Below, piece after piece: positions 43,956-59,900 of a stretch of DNA of 64,000 bases. Position 1 is the stretch's first letter, and each line of letters starts with the position of its first letter. Location of the stretch: assembly GCF_009914755.1 (NCBI RefSeq), contig NC_060940.1; one strand, given 5' to 3'. This DNA is from the human T2T-CHM13v2.0 reference genome, Homo sapiens. The translations under genes and the position numbers were made by a program. The notes under the pieces are model-generated. The model saw only the letters and a program-made list of their open reading frames with translations, did not search any database and was not told the DNA's origin.

Positions 43956-46900
43956 CTATTCAATGGTGTCTCCATTTGATTCCATTCGACCATGATTGCC
44001 TTTGATTACATTCAATGACTCCATTCGGTTCCTTTTGATGATGATTCCGTTCGATTCCATTTGATGATTCCATTTGATTCCATTGGATGAGTCCATTCGA
44101 TTACATTCGAAGATTATTCCATTCGAGTGCATTAGATGATTCCATTCGAGTCCATTCGATGATTCCATTCGATTCCATTCGATGTTGATTCTGTTCAAAT
44201 CCATTCGATGATTCCACTCGATTCCATTCGTTGACTCCATTTGATCCCATTCGATGATTTCCTTTGATTCCCTTTGATGATCATTCCATTTGATTCAATT
44301 CGGTGATTTCATTTGATTGCATTCAGTGATGTTTCCATTCGACTCCATTCGATGATGATTCCATTCGACTCCATTCGATTATGATTTCATTCAATTCCAT
44401 TCGATAATGATTCCCTTCGAGTCCATTCGATGATTCCATTCGATTCCATTCAACGATGATTTGATTCGTGTCCATTCGATGATTCCATTTGATTCCACTT
44501 GATGATGATTCCATTCGAGTCCATTTGATGATTCCATTCAATTCCATACTCCGATGATTTCTTTTGAGCCCACTCAATGCTTCCACTCGATTCCATATGA
44601 TGATGACTCCATTCGATGAAATTCGATGATGATTCCATTCGCTTGCTTTCGATGATGATTCCACTTGAGTCCGTTAGAAGATTCTATTCAATTACATTCC
44701 ATGACGATTCCGTTCGAGTCCATTTGATGATTCCATTAGACTCCATTCGACGATGATTCCATTCGATGTTATTCGATGATTCCATTCGATCTCATTCGAT
44801 GATGATTCCATTCAACTCCATTCGATGTTTCCATTCGAGTTCATTCTATTATTCCATTAGATTCCATTCGATGATGATTCCATTCGATTCCATTTGATGA
44901 TTGCATTCTATTTCATTTGATGATGATTCCATTCGAGTCCACTCGATGATTCCATTCGAGTCCATTTAATGAATCCATTGGTTTCAATTCTATGATGATT
45001 ACATTGGATTCCATTCGTTGATGATTTCATTCGGTTCCATTCAATGATGATTCCATTCAATTCCTTTCAATGTTTCCATTCAATTCCATACGATGATGAT
45101 TCCATTTGATTTGATTCGACAGTGAGCCATTCGATTCAATTGCATGATGATTCTATTTGATTCAATTGGTTGACATTTCCATTCGATTCCATTCGATGAT
45201 GATTCCCTTTGATTCCGTTCAAAGATGATTCCATTCTAGCCCATTCAATCATTCCATTTGATTCTATTCAATGATGATTCCATTCATGTCGATTTGGTGA
45301 TTCCATTTGACTTCATTTGATGATGATTCCTTTCAAGTTCATTAGATGATTCCATTCGATTCCATTTGATGATGATCCCATTCGAGTCCATTCAGTGATT
45401 CCATTCGTTTCCATTCCATGATGATTCCATTCCTTTCCATTCAATGATTCCATTCGATTCCGTTTGATGATGATTTCATTCGAGTCCATTTGATGATTCC
45501 ATTTGATTCCATTCGATGATGATTCCATTCGAGTCCATTCGATGATTCTATTCGAATCCATTTGATGATTTCTTTTGATTATATTTGGTGATGATTCCAT
45601 TGGAGTCCATTCAATGATTCCATTCTATTCCAATCGATGATGATTCCATTAGAGTCCATTTAATGATTCCATTTGATTCCAGTCTCTGATGATTACATTC
45701 GAGTCCATACGATGATTCCACTCAATTCCATATGATGATGATTCCATTTGATTCCATTCGGTGATACCATTCTATTCTATTCAATGGTGATTCCATTCGA
45801 GTACATTAGATGATTCCATTCGATTCCATTCAATGATGATTCTATTTGTGTCCCTTAGATGATTCCACATGATTCTATTAGATGATGATACTATTTGAGC
45901 CCATCCAATGATTCCCTTCGATTCCATTCGATGAGGATTCCATTCGATTCAATTCATTGGTGATTCTATTCAATTCAATTCTTTGATTCCATTCCATTCC
46001 ATTCGACAATGATTCCATTCGATTTCTTTCGATGATTCCACTCGATTCCACTTGACATTGATTCCATTCGATTCCATTCAATGATTCCATTTGATTCCAG
46101 TGGATGATGATTGCCATCGATTCCATTCGATCACTCCATTCTATTCCATTTGATGATGATTACATTCGATTCCATTTGATGATTCCATCTGATTCTATTC
46201 GAGGATTCCATTTGATTCCATTCGATGATGATTCCATTCGAGTCCATTCGATGATTTCATTCGAGTACATCCAATGATTCCATTCGAGTCCATTAGATGA
46301 TTCCATTTGATTCCATTTGAAAATGATTCTACTAGAGTCCATTCAATGACTCCATTCGAGTCCATTCAACAATTCCATTCGACTCCATTCGATGATTCCA
46401 TTCGATTCCATTTGATGGTTCCATTCGAGTCCATTTAATCATTACAGTCGAGTCCATTTGGTGATTCCACTGGATTTCTTTTGATAATGATACCATTCAA
46501 TTACATTTGATGATGATCCCATTCAATTTCATTTGATGATGATTCCATTAGAGTCCATTCGATGATTTCATTCGTGTCCCTTCATTGATTCCATCCGATT
46601 TCATTGGATGATGACTCCATTCGAGTCCATTCGATGATTCCACTCGATTCCATTAGATGACTCCATTGGAGTCCATTTGATTGTTCCATTCGATTCCATT
46701 CGATTCCTTTCGAAGATTATTCCATTTGAGTCCATTCGATGATGATTCCATTCCATTCCATTCGATGATTCCGTTTGATTCCATTCGATGATTCCCTTCG
46801 ATTCCTTTCTTTGATGATTCCATTCCATTCCATTCAATGATTCCATTCGAATCTATTCCATGATGATTCCTTTCGATTCCATTCGCTGATGTTTCCGTTC

Positions 46901-49900
46901 AATTCCATTCGATGATGATTCCATTCGATTCCATTCATTGAGGATTCCATTTGATTCCATTCAATGATGATTCCATTCCATTCCATTCAATGATTGCATT
47001 CAATTCCATTCAATGATTATCCCATTAGAGTAAACTCAACGATTCCATTCAATACCATTCGATGATGATTCCTTTTGAGTCCATTCAATGATGTCATTCA
47101 AGTCCATTTGATGATTCCTTTCAATTCCATTCTATGATGATTCCATTCGAGTCCATTCGATGATTCCATTCGATTGCATTCGATGATTCCATTATATTCC
47201 ATTCAACGGTGATTCAATTCGAGTCCATTCCATGATTCCATTAGAGTACATTTAATGATTGCTTTGTTTTCAATTCGAAGATGATTACATTGGATTCCAT
47301 TCTATGATACCATTCGATTCCATTCAATGATGATTCCACTCAAATCCATTGGATGATTCCATTCGTGTCCATTCGGTGATTTCATTAGATTCCATTCGAG
47401 GATGATTCCATTCGATTCCATTCGATGATTCCATTCAATTCCATTCGATGATGATTCCATTCCAGTCCATATGATCATTCCATTTGATTTCATTCGATGA
47501 TGATTCCATTCGATTCCATTCGACGATTCCTTTCTATTCCATTCGATGATGATTCTATTCGAGTCCATTCGATCATTCCATTCGAGTCCATTTAATGATT
47601 CCATTGGGTTCAATTCAATGATGATTACATTGGATTCCGTTCTATGATTCCATTCAATTCCGTTCATTGACAATTTGGTTCCATTCGATGATGATTCCAT
47701 TTGAGTTCATTCGATGATTCTATTCGATTCTCTTCGATGGTGATTCAATTCTATTATATTGGATGATTCCATTCGATTCCATTTGATGTTGATTCAATTC
47801 GATTCTATTCGATGATGATTCCATTGGATTTCACTTGATGATTCTATTCGATTCCATTCAATGATGATTCACTTCTCGTCCATTGGATGATTCCATTTCA
47901 TTCCATTCGATGATGATTCCATTCGATTCCATTCGATGATTCCATTTGATTCCATGCGACGGTGAGCAATTCGATTCAATTCCATGATGATTCTATTTGA
48001 TTCAATTAGATGATGTTTCCATTCGAATCCATTCCATGATTATTCCATTGGAATCCATTCGGCGATGATTCCATATGAGTCAATTCAATGATGATTCCAT
48101 ATGGGTCCGTTCGATGATAATTCCATTTGATTTCATTCGATGCTTCTATTCTATTCCAGTCGATGATGATTCCGTTGGAGTCCATACGATGATTCCATTT
48201 GATTTCATTTGATGATGATTCCATTCGATGATAATTACATTGGATTCCATTCTATGATTCCATTCAATTCCATTCGTTGATGATTCGATTCCATTCAATG
48301 ATGATTCCATTTGAGTTCATTCGATGATTCTATTCGATTCCGTTCGATGGTGATTCAATTCTATTATATTGGATGATTCCAGTCGATTCCATTTGATGAT
48401 TATTCCATTGGAGTCCACTTAGTGAATCCTTTAGATTCTACTCGACGATGATTCCATTCGAGTCCATTCGATGATACCATTCAATTCCATTCGTTGATGC
48501 TTCCATTCAAGTGCATTCGATGATATCATTCGATTCCATTTGATGATAATTCCATTTGATTCCATGCGATGATTCTATTCGATTCCATTCAATGATAATT
48601 CCATTCAATTCAGTGATTCCTCTGGACTCCATTTGATGATGATTCCATTCAATGATTCCATTCGATTCTATTCGAAAATGATTCCATTTGAATCCATTTG
48701 ATGATGATTCCATTAGATTCCATTTGATGATTCCATTCGATTCCATTCGACGATGATTCCATTCGATTCCGTTTGATGATTCCATTCTATTCTATTCGAT
48801 GATAATTCCATTCGATTCCATTCGATGATGATTGGATTCGATTCCATTTGATGATTTCATTTGATTCCATTCGTTAATGATTTCGATCAATTCCATTCGA
48901 TGATTCCATTCGATTCCATTCGATAATGATTACATCCGAGTCCATTCGATGATTCCATTTGAGCCTGTTCGATAATTCCATTTGAGTCCAACCAATGATT
49001 CCATTCATTTCCATTCAATGATTCCATTCGAGTCCATTTGATCATTCCGGTAGGGTCCATTCGATGTTGATTCCATTGGAGTGCATTCGATGATTCCATT
49101 CGAGTCCATTTTAGGATTTGATTCGAGTCCTTTCGATGATTCCATTCGATTCCACTCGATGATGATTTCATTCGAGTCCATTCGACACTTCCAATCGATT
49201 CCATTTGATGATTCCATTCGAGTCCAATTGATGATTCCATTCAATTCCATTCGATGATGATTCCGTACGATTCCATTCTGTGATGATTCCATGTGATTGC
49301 ATTCAATGATGATTCCTTTCGATTGCATTCGATTATGATTCATTTCGTGTTCATTTTATGGTTCCACAGGTTTCCATTCGTGTCCATTCCATTATTCCAT
49401 TCTATTCCATTTGATGATGATTCCATTCGATTCCATTCATTGGTGATTCCACTCAATTCCATTCAATGATTCCATTCCATTTCTTTCAACAATGATTCCA
49501 TTAGTTTCTAATCGATGATCCACTTGATTCCATTTGACGACGATTCCATTCTTGTCCATTCGATGATTCCATTTGATTCCATATGATGATGATTCCATTC
49601 GATTCCATACCATGATGATTCCATTCGAGTCCATTCAATGGTGATTCCATTCAATTCCATTCGATGATTCCTTTCCATTCCATTCGATGATGATGGCATT
49701 CGATTCCTTTCAATCATTCCCTTTGATTCCATTCAAAGGTGATTTCATTCAAGTCCATTCGATAATTGCATTCGATTCCATTCTATGATGATTCCATTCG
49801 AGTCCATTTGATGATTCCATTCAATTCAAGTCAATGATGATTCCATTCGATTCCATTCGATGATTCCATTGGATTCCATTCGATGATGATTCCATTCAAA

Positions 49901-50067
49901 TCCATTCGATAATTCAATTCAAGTCCATTCGATGATGATTCCAATCGAATCCATTCAAAGATTCCATTCAGTTCCATTCGATGATTCCCTTAGATTCCAT
50001 TCGATGATTCCACTTGATTGCATTTACGATGATTCCATTCGATTCCATGTGATGATTCCATTCAATT
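43956..50067 (+). repeat. Unit U9, full length (6112 bp)
   Basis: Marker spacing 43956->50068. Confidence 0.93.
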
Positions 50068-53000
50068 CTATTCAATGATGTCTCCATTTGATTCCATTCG
50101 ACCATGATTGCCTTTGATTCCATTCAATGATTCCATTCGGTTCCGTTTGATGATGATTCCGTTCGATTCCATTTGATGATTCCATTTGATTCCATTGGAT
50201 GAGTCCATTCGATTACATTCGATGATTATTCCATTCGAGTGCATTAGATGATTCCATTCGAGTCCATTCGATGATTCCATTCGATTCCATTCGATGTTGA
50301 TTCTGTTCAAATCCATTCGATGATTCCACTCGATTCCATTCGTTGACTCCATTTGATCCCATTCGATGATTTCCTTTGATTCCCTTTGATGATCATTCCA
50401 TTTGATTCAATTCGGTGATTTCATTTGATTCCATTCAGTGATGTTTCCATTCGACTCCATTCGATGATGATTCCATTCGACTCCATTCGATTATGATTTC
50501 ATTCAATTCCATTCGATAATGATTCCCTTCGAGTCCATTCGATGATTCCATTCGATTCCATTCAACGATGATTTGATTCGTGTCCATTCGATGATTCCAT
50601 TTGATTCCACTTGATGATGATTCCATTCGAGTCCATTTGATGATTCCATTCAATTCCATACTCCGATGATTTCTTTTGAGCCCACTCAATGCTTCCACTC
50701 GATTCCATATGATGATGACTCCATTCGATGAAATTCGATGATGATTCCATTCGCTTGCTTTCGATGATGATTCCACTTGAGTCCGTTAGAAGATTCTATT
50801 CAATTACATTCCATGACGATTCCGTTCGAGTCCATTTGATGATTCCATTAGACTCCATTCGACGATGATTCCATTCGATGTTATTCGATGATTCCATTCG
50901 ATCTCATTCGATGATGATTCCATTCAACTCCATTCGATGTTTCCATTCGAGTTCATTCTATTATTCCATTAGATTCCATTCGATGATGATTCCATTCGAT
51001 TCCATTTGATGATTGCATTCTATTTCATTTGATGATGATTCCATTCGAGTCCACTCGATGATTCCATTCGAGTCCATTCGATGATTCCATTAGAGTACAT
51101 TTAATGATTGCTTTGTTTTCCATTCGAAGATGATTACATTGGATTCCATTCTATGATACCATTCGATTCCATTCAATGATGATTCCACTCAAATCCATTG
51201 GATGATTCCATTCGTGTCCATTCGGTGATTTCATTAGATTCCATTCGAGGATGATTCCATTCGATTCCATTCGATGATTCCATTCAATTCCATTCGATGA
51301 TGATTCCATTCCAGTCCATATGATCATTCCATTTGATTTCATTCGATGATGATTCCATTCGATTCCATTCGACGATTCCATTCTATTCCATTCGATGATG
51401 ATTCCATTCGAGTCCATTCGATGATTCCATTCGAGTCCATTTAATGATTCCATTGGGTTCAATTCAATGATGATTACATTGGATTCCGTTCTATGATTCC
51501 ATTCAATTCCGTTCATTGACAATTTGATTCCATTCGATGATGATTCCATTTGAGTTCATTCGATGATTCTATTCGATTCTCTTCGATGGTGATTCAATTC
51601 TATTATATTGGATGATTCCATTCGATTCCATTTGATGTTGATTCAATTCGATTCTATTCGATGATGATTCCATTGGATTTCACTTGATGATTCTATTCGA
51701 TTCCATTCAATGATGATTCACTTCTCGTCCATTGGATGATTCCATTTCATTCCATTCGATGATGATTCCATTCGATTCAATTCGATGATTCCATTTGATT
51801 CCATGCGACGGTGAGCAATTCGATTCAATTCCATGATGATTCTATTTGATTCAATTAGATGATGTTTCCATTCGAATCCATTCCATGATTATTCCATTGG
51901 AATCCATTCGGCGATGATTCCATATGAGTCAATTCAATGATGATTCCATATGGGTCCGTTCGATGATAATTCCATTTGATTTCATTCGATGCTTCTATTC
52001 TATTCCAGTCGATGATGATTCCGTTGGAGTCCATACGATGATTCCATTTGATTTCATTTGATGATGATTCCATTCGATGATAATTACATTGGATTCCATT
52101 CTATGATTCCATTCAATTCCATTCGTTGATGATTCGATTCCATTCAATGATGATTCCATTTGAGTTCATTCGATGATTCTATTCGATTCCATTCGATGGT
52201 GATTCAATTCTATTATATTGGATGATTCCAGTCGATTCCATTTGATGATTATTCCATTGGAGTCCACTTAGTGAATCCTTTAGATTCTACTCGACGATGA
52301 TTCCATTCGAGTCCATTCGATGATACCATTCAATTCCATTCGTTGATGCTTCCATTCAAGTGCATTCGATGATATCATTCGATTCCATTTGATGATAATT
52401 CCATTTGATTCCATGCGATGATTCTATTCGATTCCATTCAATGATAATTCCATTCAATTCAGTGATTCCTCTGGACTCCATTTGATGATGATTCCATTCA
52501 ATGATTCCATTCGATTCTATTCGAAAATGATTCCATTTGAATCCATTTGATGATGATTCCATTAGATTCCATTTGATGATTCCATTCGATTCCATTCGAC
52601 GATGATTCCATTCGATTCCGTTTGATGATTCCATTCTATTCTATTCGATGATGATTCCATTCGATTCCATTCGATGATGATTGGATTCGATTCCATTTGA
52701 TGATTTCATTTGATTCCATTCGTTAATGATTTCGATCAATTCCATTCGATGATTCCATTCGATTCCATTCGATAATGATTACATCCGAGTCCATTCGATG
52801 ATTCCATTTGAGCCTGTTCGATAATTCCATTTGAGTCCAACCAATGATTCCATTCATTTCCATTCAATGATTCCATTCGAGTCCATTTGATCATTCCGGT
52901 AGGGTCCATTCGATGTTGATTCCATTGGAGTGCATTCGATGATTCCATTCGAGTCCATTTTAGGATTTGATTCGAGTCCTTTCGATGATTCCATTCGATT

Positions 53001-53916
53001 CCACTCGATGATGATTTCATTCGAGTCCATTCGACACTTCCAATCGATTCCATTTGATGATTCCATTCGAGTCCAATTGATGATTCCATTCAATTCCATT
53101 CGATGATGATTCCGTACGATTCCATTCTGTGATGATTCCATGTGATTGCATTCAATGATGATTCCTTTCGATTGCATTCGATTATGATTCATTTCGTGTT
53201 CATTTTATGGTTCCACAGGTTTCCATTCGTGTCCATTCCATTATTCCATTCTATTCCATTTGATGATGATTCCATTCGATTCCATTCATTGGTGATTCCA
53301 CTCAATTCCATTCAATGATTCCATTCCATTTCTTTCAACAATGATTCCATTAGTTTCTAATCGATGATCCACTTGATTCCATTTGACGACGATTCCATTC
53401 TTGTCCATTCGATGATTCCTTTTGATTCCATATGATGATGATTCCATTCGATTCCATACCATGATGATTCCATTCGAGTCCATTCAATGGTGATTCCATT
53501 CAATTCCATTCGATGATTCCTTTCGATTCCATTCGATGATGATGGCATTCGATTCCTTTCAATCATTCCCTTTGATTCCATTCAAAGGTGATTTCATTCA
53601 AGTCCATTCGATAATTGCATTCGATTCCATTCTATGATGATTCCATTCGAGTCCATTTGATGATTCCATTCAATTCAAGTCAATGATGATTCCATTCGAT
53701 TCCATTCAATGATTCCATTGGATTCCATTCGATGATGATTCCATTCAAATCCATTCGATAATTCAATTCAAGTCCATTCGATGATGATTAAAATCGAATC
53801 CATTCAAAGATTCCATTCAGTTCCATTCGATGATTCCCTTAGATTCCATTCGATGATTCCACTTGATTCCATTTACGATGATTCCATTCTATTCCATGTG
53901 ATGATTCCCTTCAATT
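50068..53916 (+). repeat. Unit U10, shortened to 3849 bp (same 2263-bp junction, at ~51059-51078)
   Basis: Marker spacing 50068->53917; 6112-2263=3849. Confidence 0.92.
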
Positions 53917-56900
53917 CTATTCAATGGTGTCTCCATTTGATTCCATTCGACCATGATTGCCTTTGATTCCATTCAATGACTCCATTCGGTTCCTTTTGAT
54001 GATGATTCCGTTCGATTCCATTTGATGATTCCATTTGATTCCATTGGATGAGTCCATTCGATTACATTCGATGATTATTCCATTCGAGTGCATTAGATGA
54101 TTCCATTCGAGTCCATTCGATGATTCCATTCGATTCCATTCGATGTTGATTCTGTTCAAATCCATTCGATGATTCCACTCGATTCCATTCGTTGACTCCA
54201 TTTGATCCCATTCGATGATTTCCTTTGATTCCCTTTGATGATCATTCCATTTGATTCAATTCGGTGATTTCATTTGATTCCATTCAGTGATGTTTCCATT
54301 CGACTCCATTCGATGATGATTCCATTCGACTCCATTCGATTATGATTTCATTCAATTCCATTCGATAATGATTCCCTTCGAGTCCATTCGATGATTCCAT
54401 TCGATTCCATTCAACGATGATTTGATTCGTGTCCATTCGATGATTCCATTTGATTCCACTTGATGATGATTCCATTCGAGTCCATTTGATGATTCCATTC
54501 AATTAAATACTCCGATGATTTCTTTTGAGCCCACTCAATGCTTCCACTCGATTCCATATGATGATGACTCCATTCGATGAAATTCGATGATGATTCCATT
54601 CGCTTGCTTTCGATGATGATTCCACTTGAGTCCGTTAGAAGATTCTATTCAATTACATTCCAGGACGATTCCGTTCGAGTCCATTTGATGATTCCATTAG
54701 ACTCCATTCGACGATGATTCCATTCGATGTTATTCGATGATTCCATTCGATCTCATTCGATGATGATTCCATTCAACTCCATTCGATGTTTCCATTCGAG
54801 TTCATTCTATTATTCCATTAGATTCCATTCGATGATGATTCCATTCGATTCCATTTGATGATTGCATTCTATTTCATTTGATGATGATTCCATTCGAGTC
54901 CACTCGATGATTCCATTCGAGTCCATTTAATGAATCCATTGGTTTCAATTCTATGATGATTACATTGGATTCCATTCGTTGATGATTTCATTCGGTTCCA
55001 TTCAATGATGATTCCATTCAATTCCTTTCAATGTTTCCATTCAATTCCATACGATGATGATTCCATTTGATTTGATTCGACAGTGAGCCATTCGATTCAA
55101 TTCCATGATGATTCTATTTGATTCAATTGGTTGACATTTCCATTCGATTCCATTCGATGATGATTCCCTTTGATTCCGTTCAAAGATGATTCCATTCTAG
55201 CCCATTCAATGATTCCATTCGATTCTATTCAATGATGATTCCATTCATGTCGATTTGGTGATTCCATTTGACTTCATTTGATGATGATTCCTTTCAAGTT
55301 CATTAGATGATTCCATTCGATTCCATTTGATGATGATCCCATTCGAGTCCATTCAGTGATTCCATTCGTTTCCATTCCATGATGATTCCATTCCTTTCCA
55401 TTCAATGATTCCATTCGATTCCGTTTGATGATGATTTCATTCGAGTCCATTTGATGATTCCATTTGATTCCATTCGATGATGATTCCATTCGAGTCCATT
55501 CGATGATTCTATTCGAATCCATTTGATGATTTCTTTTGATTATATTTGGTGATGATTCCATTGGAGTCCATTCAATGATTCCATTCTATTCCCATCGATG
55601 ATGATTCCATTAGAGTCCATTTAATGATTCCATTTGATTCCAGTCTCTGATGATTACATTCGAGTCCATACGATGATTCCACTCAATTCCATATGATGAT
55701 GATTCCATTTGATTCCATTCGGTGATCCCATTCTATTCTATTCAATGGTGATTCCATTCGAGTACATTAGATGATTCCATTCGATTCCATTCAATGATGA
55801 TTCTATTTGTGTCCCTTAGATGACTCCACATGATTCCATTAGATGATGATACTATTTGAGCCCATCCAATGATTCCCTTCGATTCCATTCGATGAGGATT
55901 CCATTCGATTCAATTCATTGGTGATTCTATTCAATTCAATTCTTTGATTCCATTCCATTCCATTCGACAATGATTCCATTCGATTTCTTTCGATGATTCC
56001 ACTCGATTCCACTTGACATTGATTCCATTCGATTCCATTCAATGATTCCATTTGATTCCAGTGGATGATGATTGCCATCGATTCCATTCGATCACTCCAT
56101 TCTATTCCATTTGATGATGATTACATTCGATTCCATTTGATGATTCCATCTGATTCTATTCGAGGATTCCATTTGATTCCATTCGATGATGATTCCATTC
56201 GAGTCCATTCGATGATTTCATTCGAGTACATCCAATGATTCCATTCGAGTCCATTAGATGATTCCATTTGATTCCATTTGAAAATGATTCTACTAGAGTC
56301 CATTCAATGACTCCATTCGAGTCCATTCAACAATTCCATTCGACTCCATTCGATGATTCCATTCGATTCCATTTGATGGTTCCATTCGAGTCCATTTAAT
56401 CATTACAGTCGAGTCCATTTGGTGATTCCACTGGATTTCTTTTGATAATGATACCATTCAATTACATTTGATGATGATCCCATTCAATTTCATTTGATGA
56501 TGATTCCATTAGAGTCCATTCGATGATTTCATTCGAGTCCCTTCATTGATTCCATCCGATTTCATTGGATGATGACTCCATTCGAGTCCATTCGATGATT
56601 CCACTCGATTCCATTAGATGATTCCATTGGAGTCCATTTGATTGTTCCATTCGATTCCATTCGATTCCTTTCGAAGATTTTTCCATTTGAGTCCATTCGA
56701 TGATGATTCCATTCCATTCCATTCGATGATTCCGTTTGATTCCATTCGATGATTCCCTTCGATTCCTTTCTTTGATGATTCCATTCCATTCCATTCAATG
56801 ATTCCATTCGAATCTATTCCATGATGATTCCTTTCGATTCCATTCGCTGATGTTTCCGTTCAATTCCATTCGATGATGATTCCATTCGATTCCATTCATT

Positions 56901-59900
56901 GAGGATTCCATTTGATTCCATTCAATGATGATTCCATTCTATTCCATTCAATGATTGCATTCAATTCCATTCAATGATTATCCCATTAGAGTAAACTCAA
57001 CGATTCCATTCAATACCATTCGATGATGATTCCTTTTGAGTCCATTCAATGATTTCATTCAAGTCCATTTGATGATTCCTTTCAATTCCATTCTATGATG
57101 ATTCCATTCGAGTCCATTCGATGATTCCATTCGATTGCATTCGATGATTCCATTATATTCCATTCAACGGTGATTCCATTCGAGTCCATTCCATGATTCC
57201 ATTAGAGTACATTTAATGATTGCTTTGTTTTCAATTCGAAGATGATTACATTGGATTCCATTCTATGATACCATTCGATTCCATTCAATGATGATTCCAC
57301 TCAAATCCATTGGATGATTCCATTCGTGTCCATTCGGTGATTTCATTAGATTCCATTCGAGGATGATTCCATTCGATTCCATTCGATGATTCCATTGAAT
57401 TCCATTCGATGATGATTCCATTCCAGTCCATATGATCATTCCATTTGATTTCATTCGATGATGATTCCATTCGATTCCATTCGATGATTCCATTCTATTC
57501 CATTCGATGATGATTCCATTCGAGTCCATTCGATGATTCCATTCGAGTCCATTTAATGATTCCATTGGGTTCAATTCAATGATGATTACATTGGACTCCG
57601 TTCTATGATTCCATTCAATTCCGTTCATTGACAATTTGATTCCATTCGATGATGATTCCATTTGAGTTCATTCGATGATTCTATTCGATTCTCTTCGATG
57701 GTGATTCAATTCTATTATATTGGATGATTCCATTCGATTCCATTTGATGTTGATTCAATTCGATTCTATTCGATGATGATTCCATTGGATTTCACTTGAT
57801 GATTCTATTCGATTCCATTCAATGATGATTCACTTCTCGTCCATTGGATGATTCCATTTCATTCCATTCGATGATGATTCCATTCGATTCCATTCGATGA
57901 TTCCATTTGATTCCATGCGACGGTGAGCAATTTGATTCAATTCCATGATGATTCTATTTGATTCAATTAGATGATGTTTCCATTCGAATCCATTCCATGA
58001 TTATTCCATTGGAATCCATTCGGCGATGATTCCATATGAGTCAATTCAATGATGATTCCATATGGGTCCGTTCGATGATAATTCCATTTGATTTCATTCG
58101 ATGCTTCTATTCTATTCCAGTCGATGATGATTCCGTTGGAGTCCATACGATGATTCCATTTGATTTCATTTGATGATGATTCCATTCGATGATGATTACA
58201 TTGGATTCCATTCTATGATTCCATTCAATTCCATTCGTTGATGATTCGATTCCATTCAATGATGATTCCATTTGAGTTCATTCGATCATTCTATTCGATT
58301 CCGTTCGATGGTGATTCAATTCTATTATATTGGATGATTCCACTCGATTCCATTTGATGATTATTCCATTGGAGTCCACTTAGTGAATCCTTTGGATTCT
58401 ACTCGACGATGATTCCATTCGAGTCCATTCGATGATACCATTCAATTCCATTCGTTGATGCTTCCATTCAAGTGCATTCGATGATATCATTCGATTCCAT
58501 TTGATGATAATTCCATTTGATTCCATGCGATGATTCTATTCGATTCCATTCAATGATAATTCCATTCAATTCAGTGATTCCTCTGGACTCCATTTGATGA
58601 TGATTCCATTCAATGATTCCATTCGATTCTATTCGAAAATGATTCCATTTGAATCCATTTGATGATGATTCCATTAGATTCCATTTGATGATTCCATTCG
58701 ATTCCATTCGACGATGATTCCATTCGATTCCGTTTGATGATTCCATTCTATTCTATTCGATGATGATTCCATTCGATTCCATTCGATGATGATTGGATTC
58801 GATTCCATTTGATGATTTCATTTGATTCCATTCGTTAATGATTTCGATCAATTCCATTCGATGATTCCATTCGATTCCATTGGATAATGATTACATCCGA
58901 GTCCATTCGATGATTCCATTGGAGCCTGTTCGATAATTCCATTTGAGTCCAACCAATGATTCCATTCATTTCCATTCAATGATTCCATTCGAGTCCATTT
59001 GATCATTCCGGTAGGGTCCATTCGATGTTGATTCCATTGGAGTGCATTCGATGATTCCATTCGAGTCCATTTTAGGATTTGATTCGAGTCCTTTCGATGA
59101 TTCCATTCGATTCCACTCGATGATGATTTCATTCGAGTCCATTCGACACTTCCAATCGATTCCATTTGATGATTCCATTCGAGTCCAATTGATGATTCCA
59201 TTCAATTCCATTCGATGATGATTCCGTACGATTCCATTCTGTGATGATTCCATGTGATTGCATTCAATGATGATTCCTTTCGATTGCATTCGATTATGAT
59301 TCATTTCGTGTTCATTCTATGGTTCCACAGGTTTCCATTCGTGTCCATTCCATTATTCCATTCTATTCCATTTGATGATGATTCCATTCGATTCCATTCA
59401 TTGGTGATTCCACTCAATTCCATTCAATGATTCCATTCCATTTCTTTCAACAATGATTCCATTAGTTTCTAATCGATGATCCACTTGATTCCATTTGACG
59501 ACGATTCCATTCTTGTCCATTCGATGATTCCATTTGATTCCATATGATGATGATTCCATTCGATTCCATACCATGATGATTCCATTCGAGTCCATTCAAT
59601 GGTGATTCCATTCAATTCCATTCGATGATTCCTTTCGATTCCATTCGATGATGATGGCATTCGATTCCTTTCAATCATTCCCTTTGATTCCATTCAAAGG
59701 TGATTTCATTCAAGTCCATTCGATAATTGCATTCGATTCCATTCTATGATGATTCCATTCGAGTCCTTTTGATGATTCCATTCAATTCAAGTCAATGATG
59801 ATTCCATTCGATTCCATTCGATGATTCCATTGGATTCCATTCGATGATGATTCCATTCAAATCCATTCGATAATTCAATTCAAGTCCATTCGATGATGAT

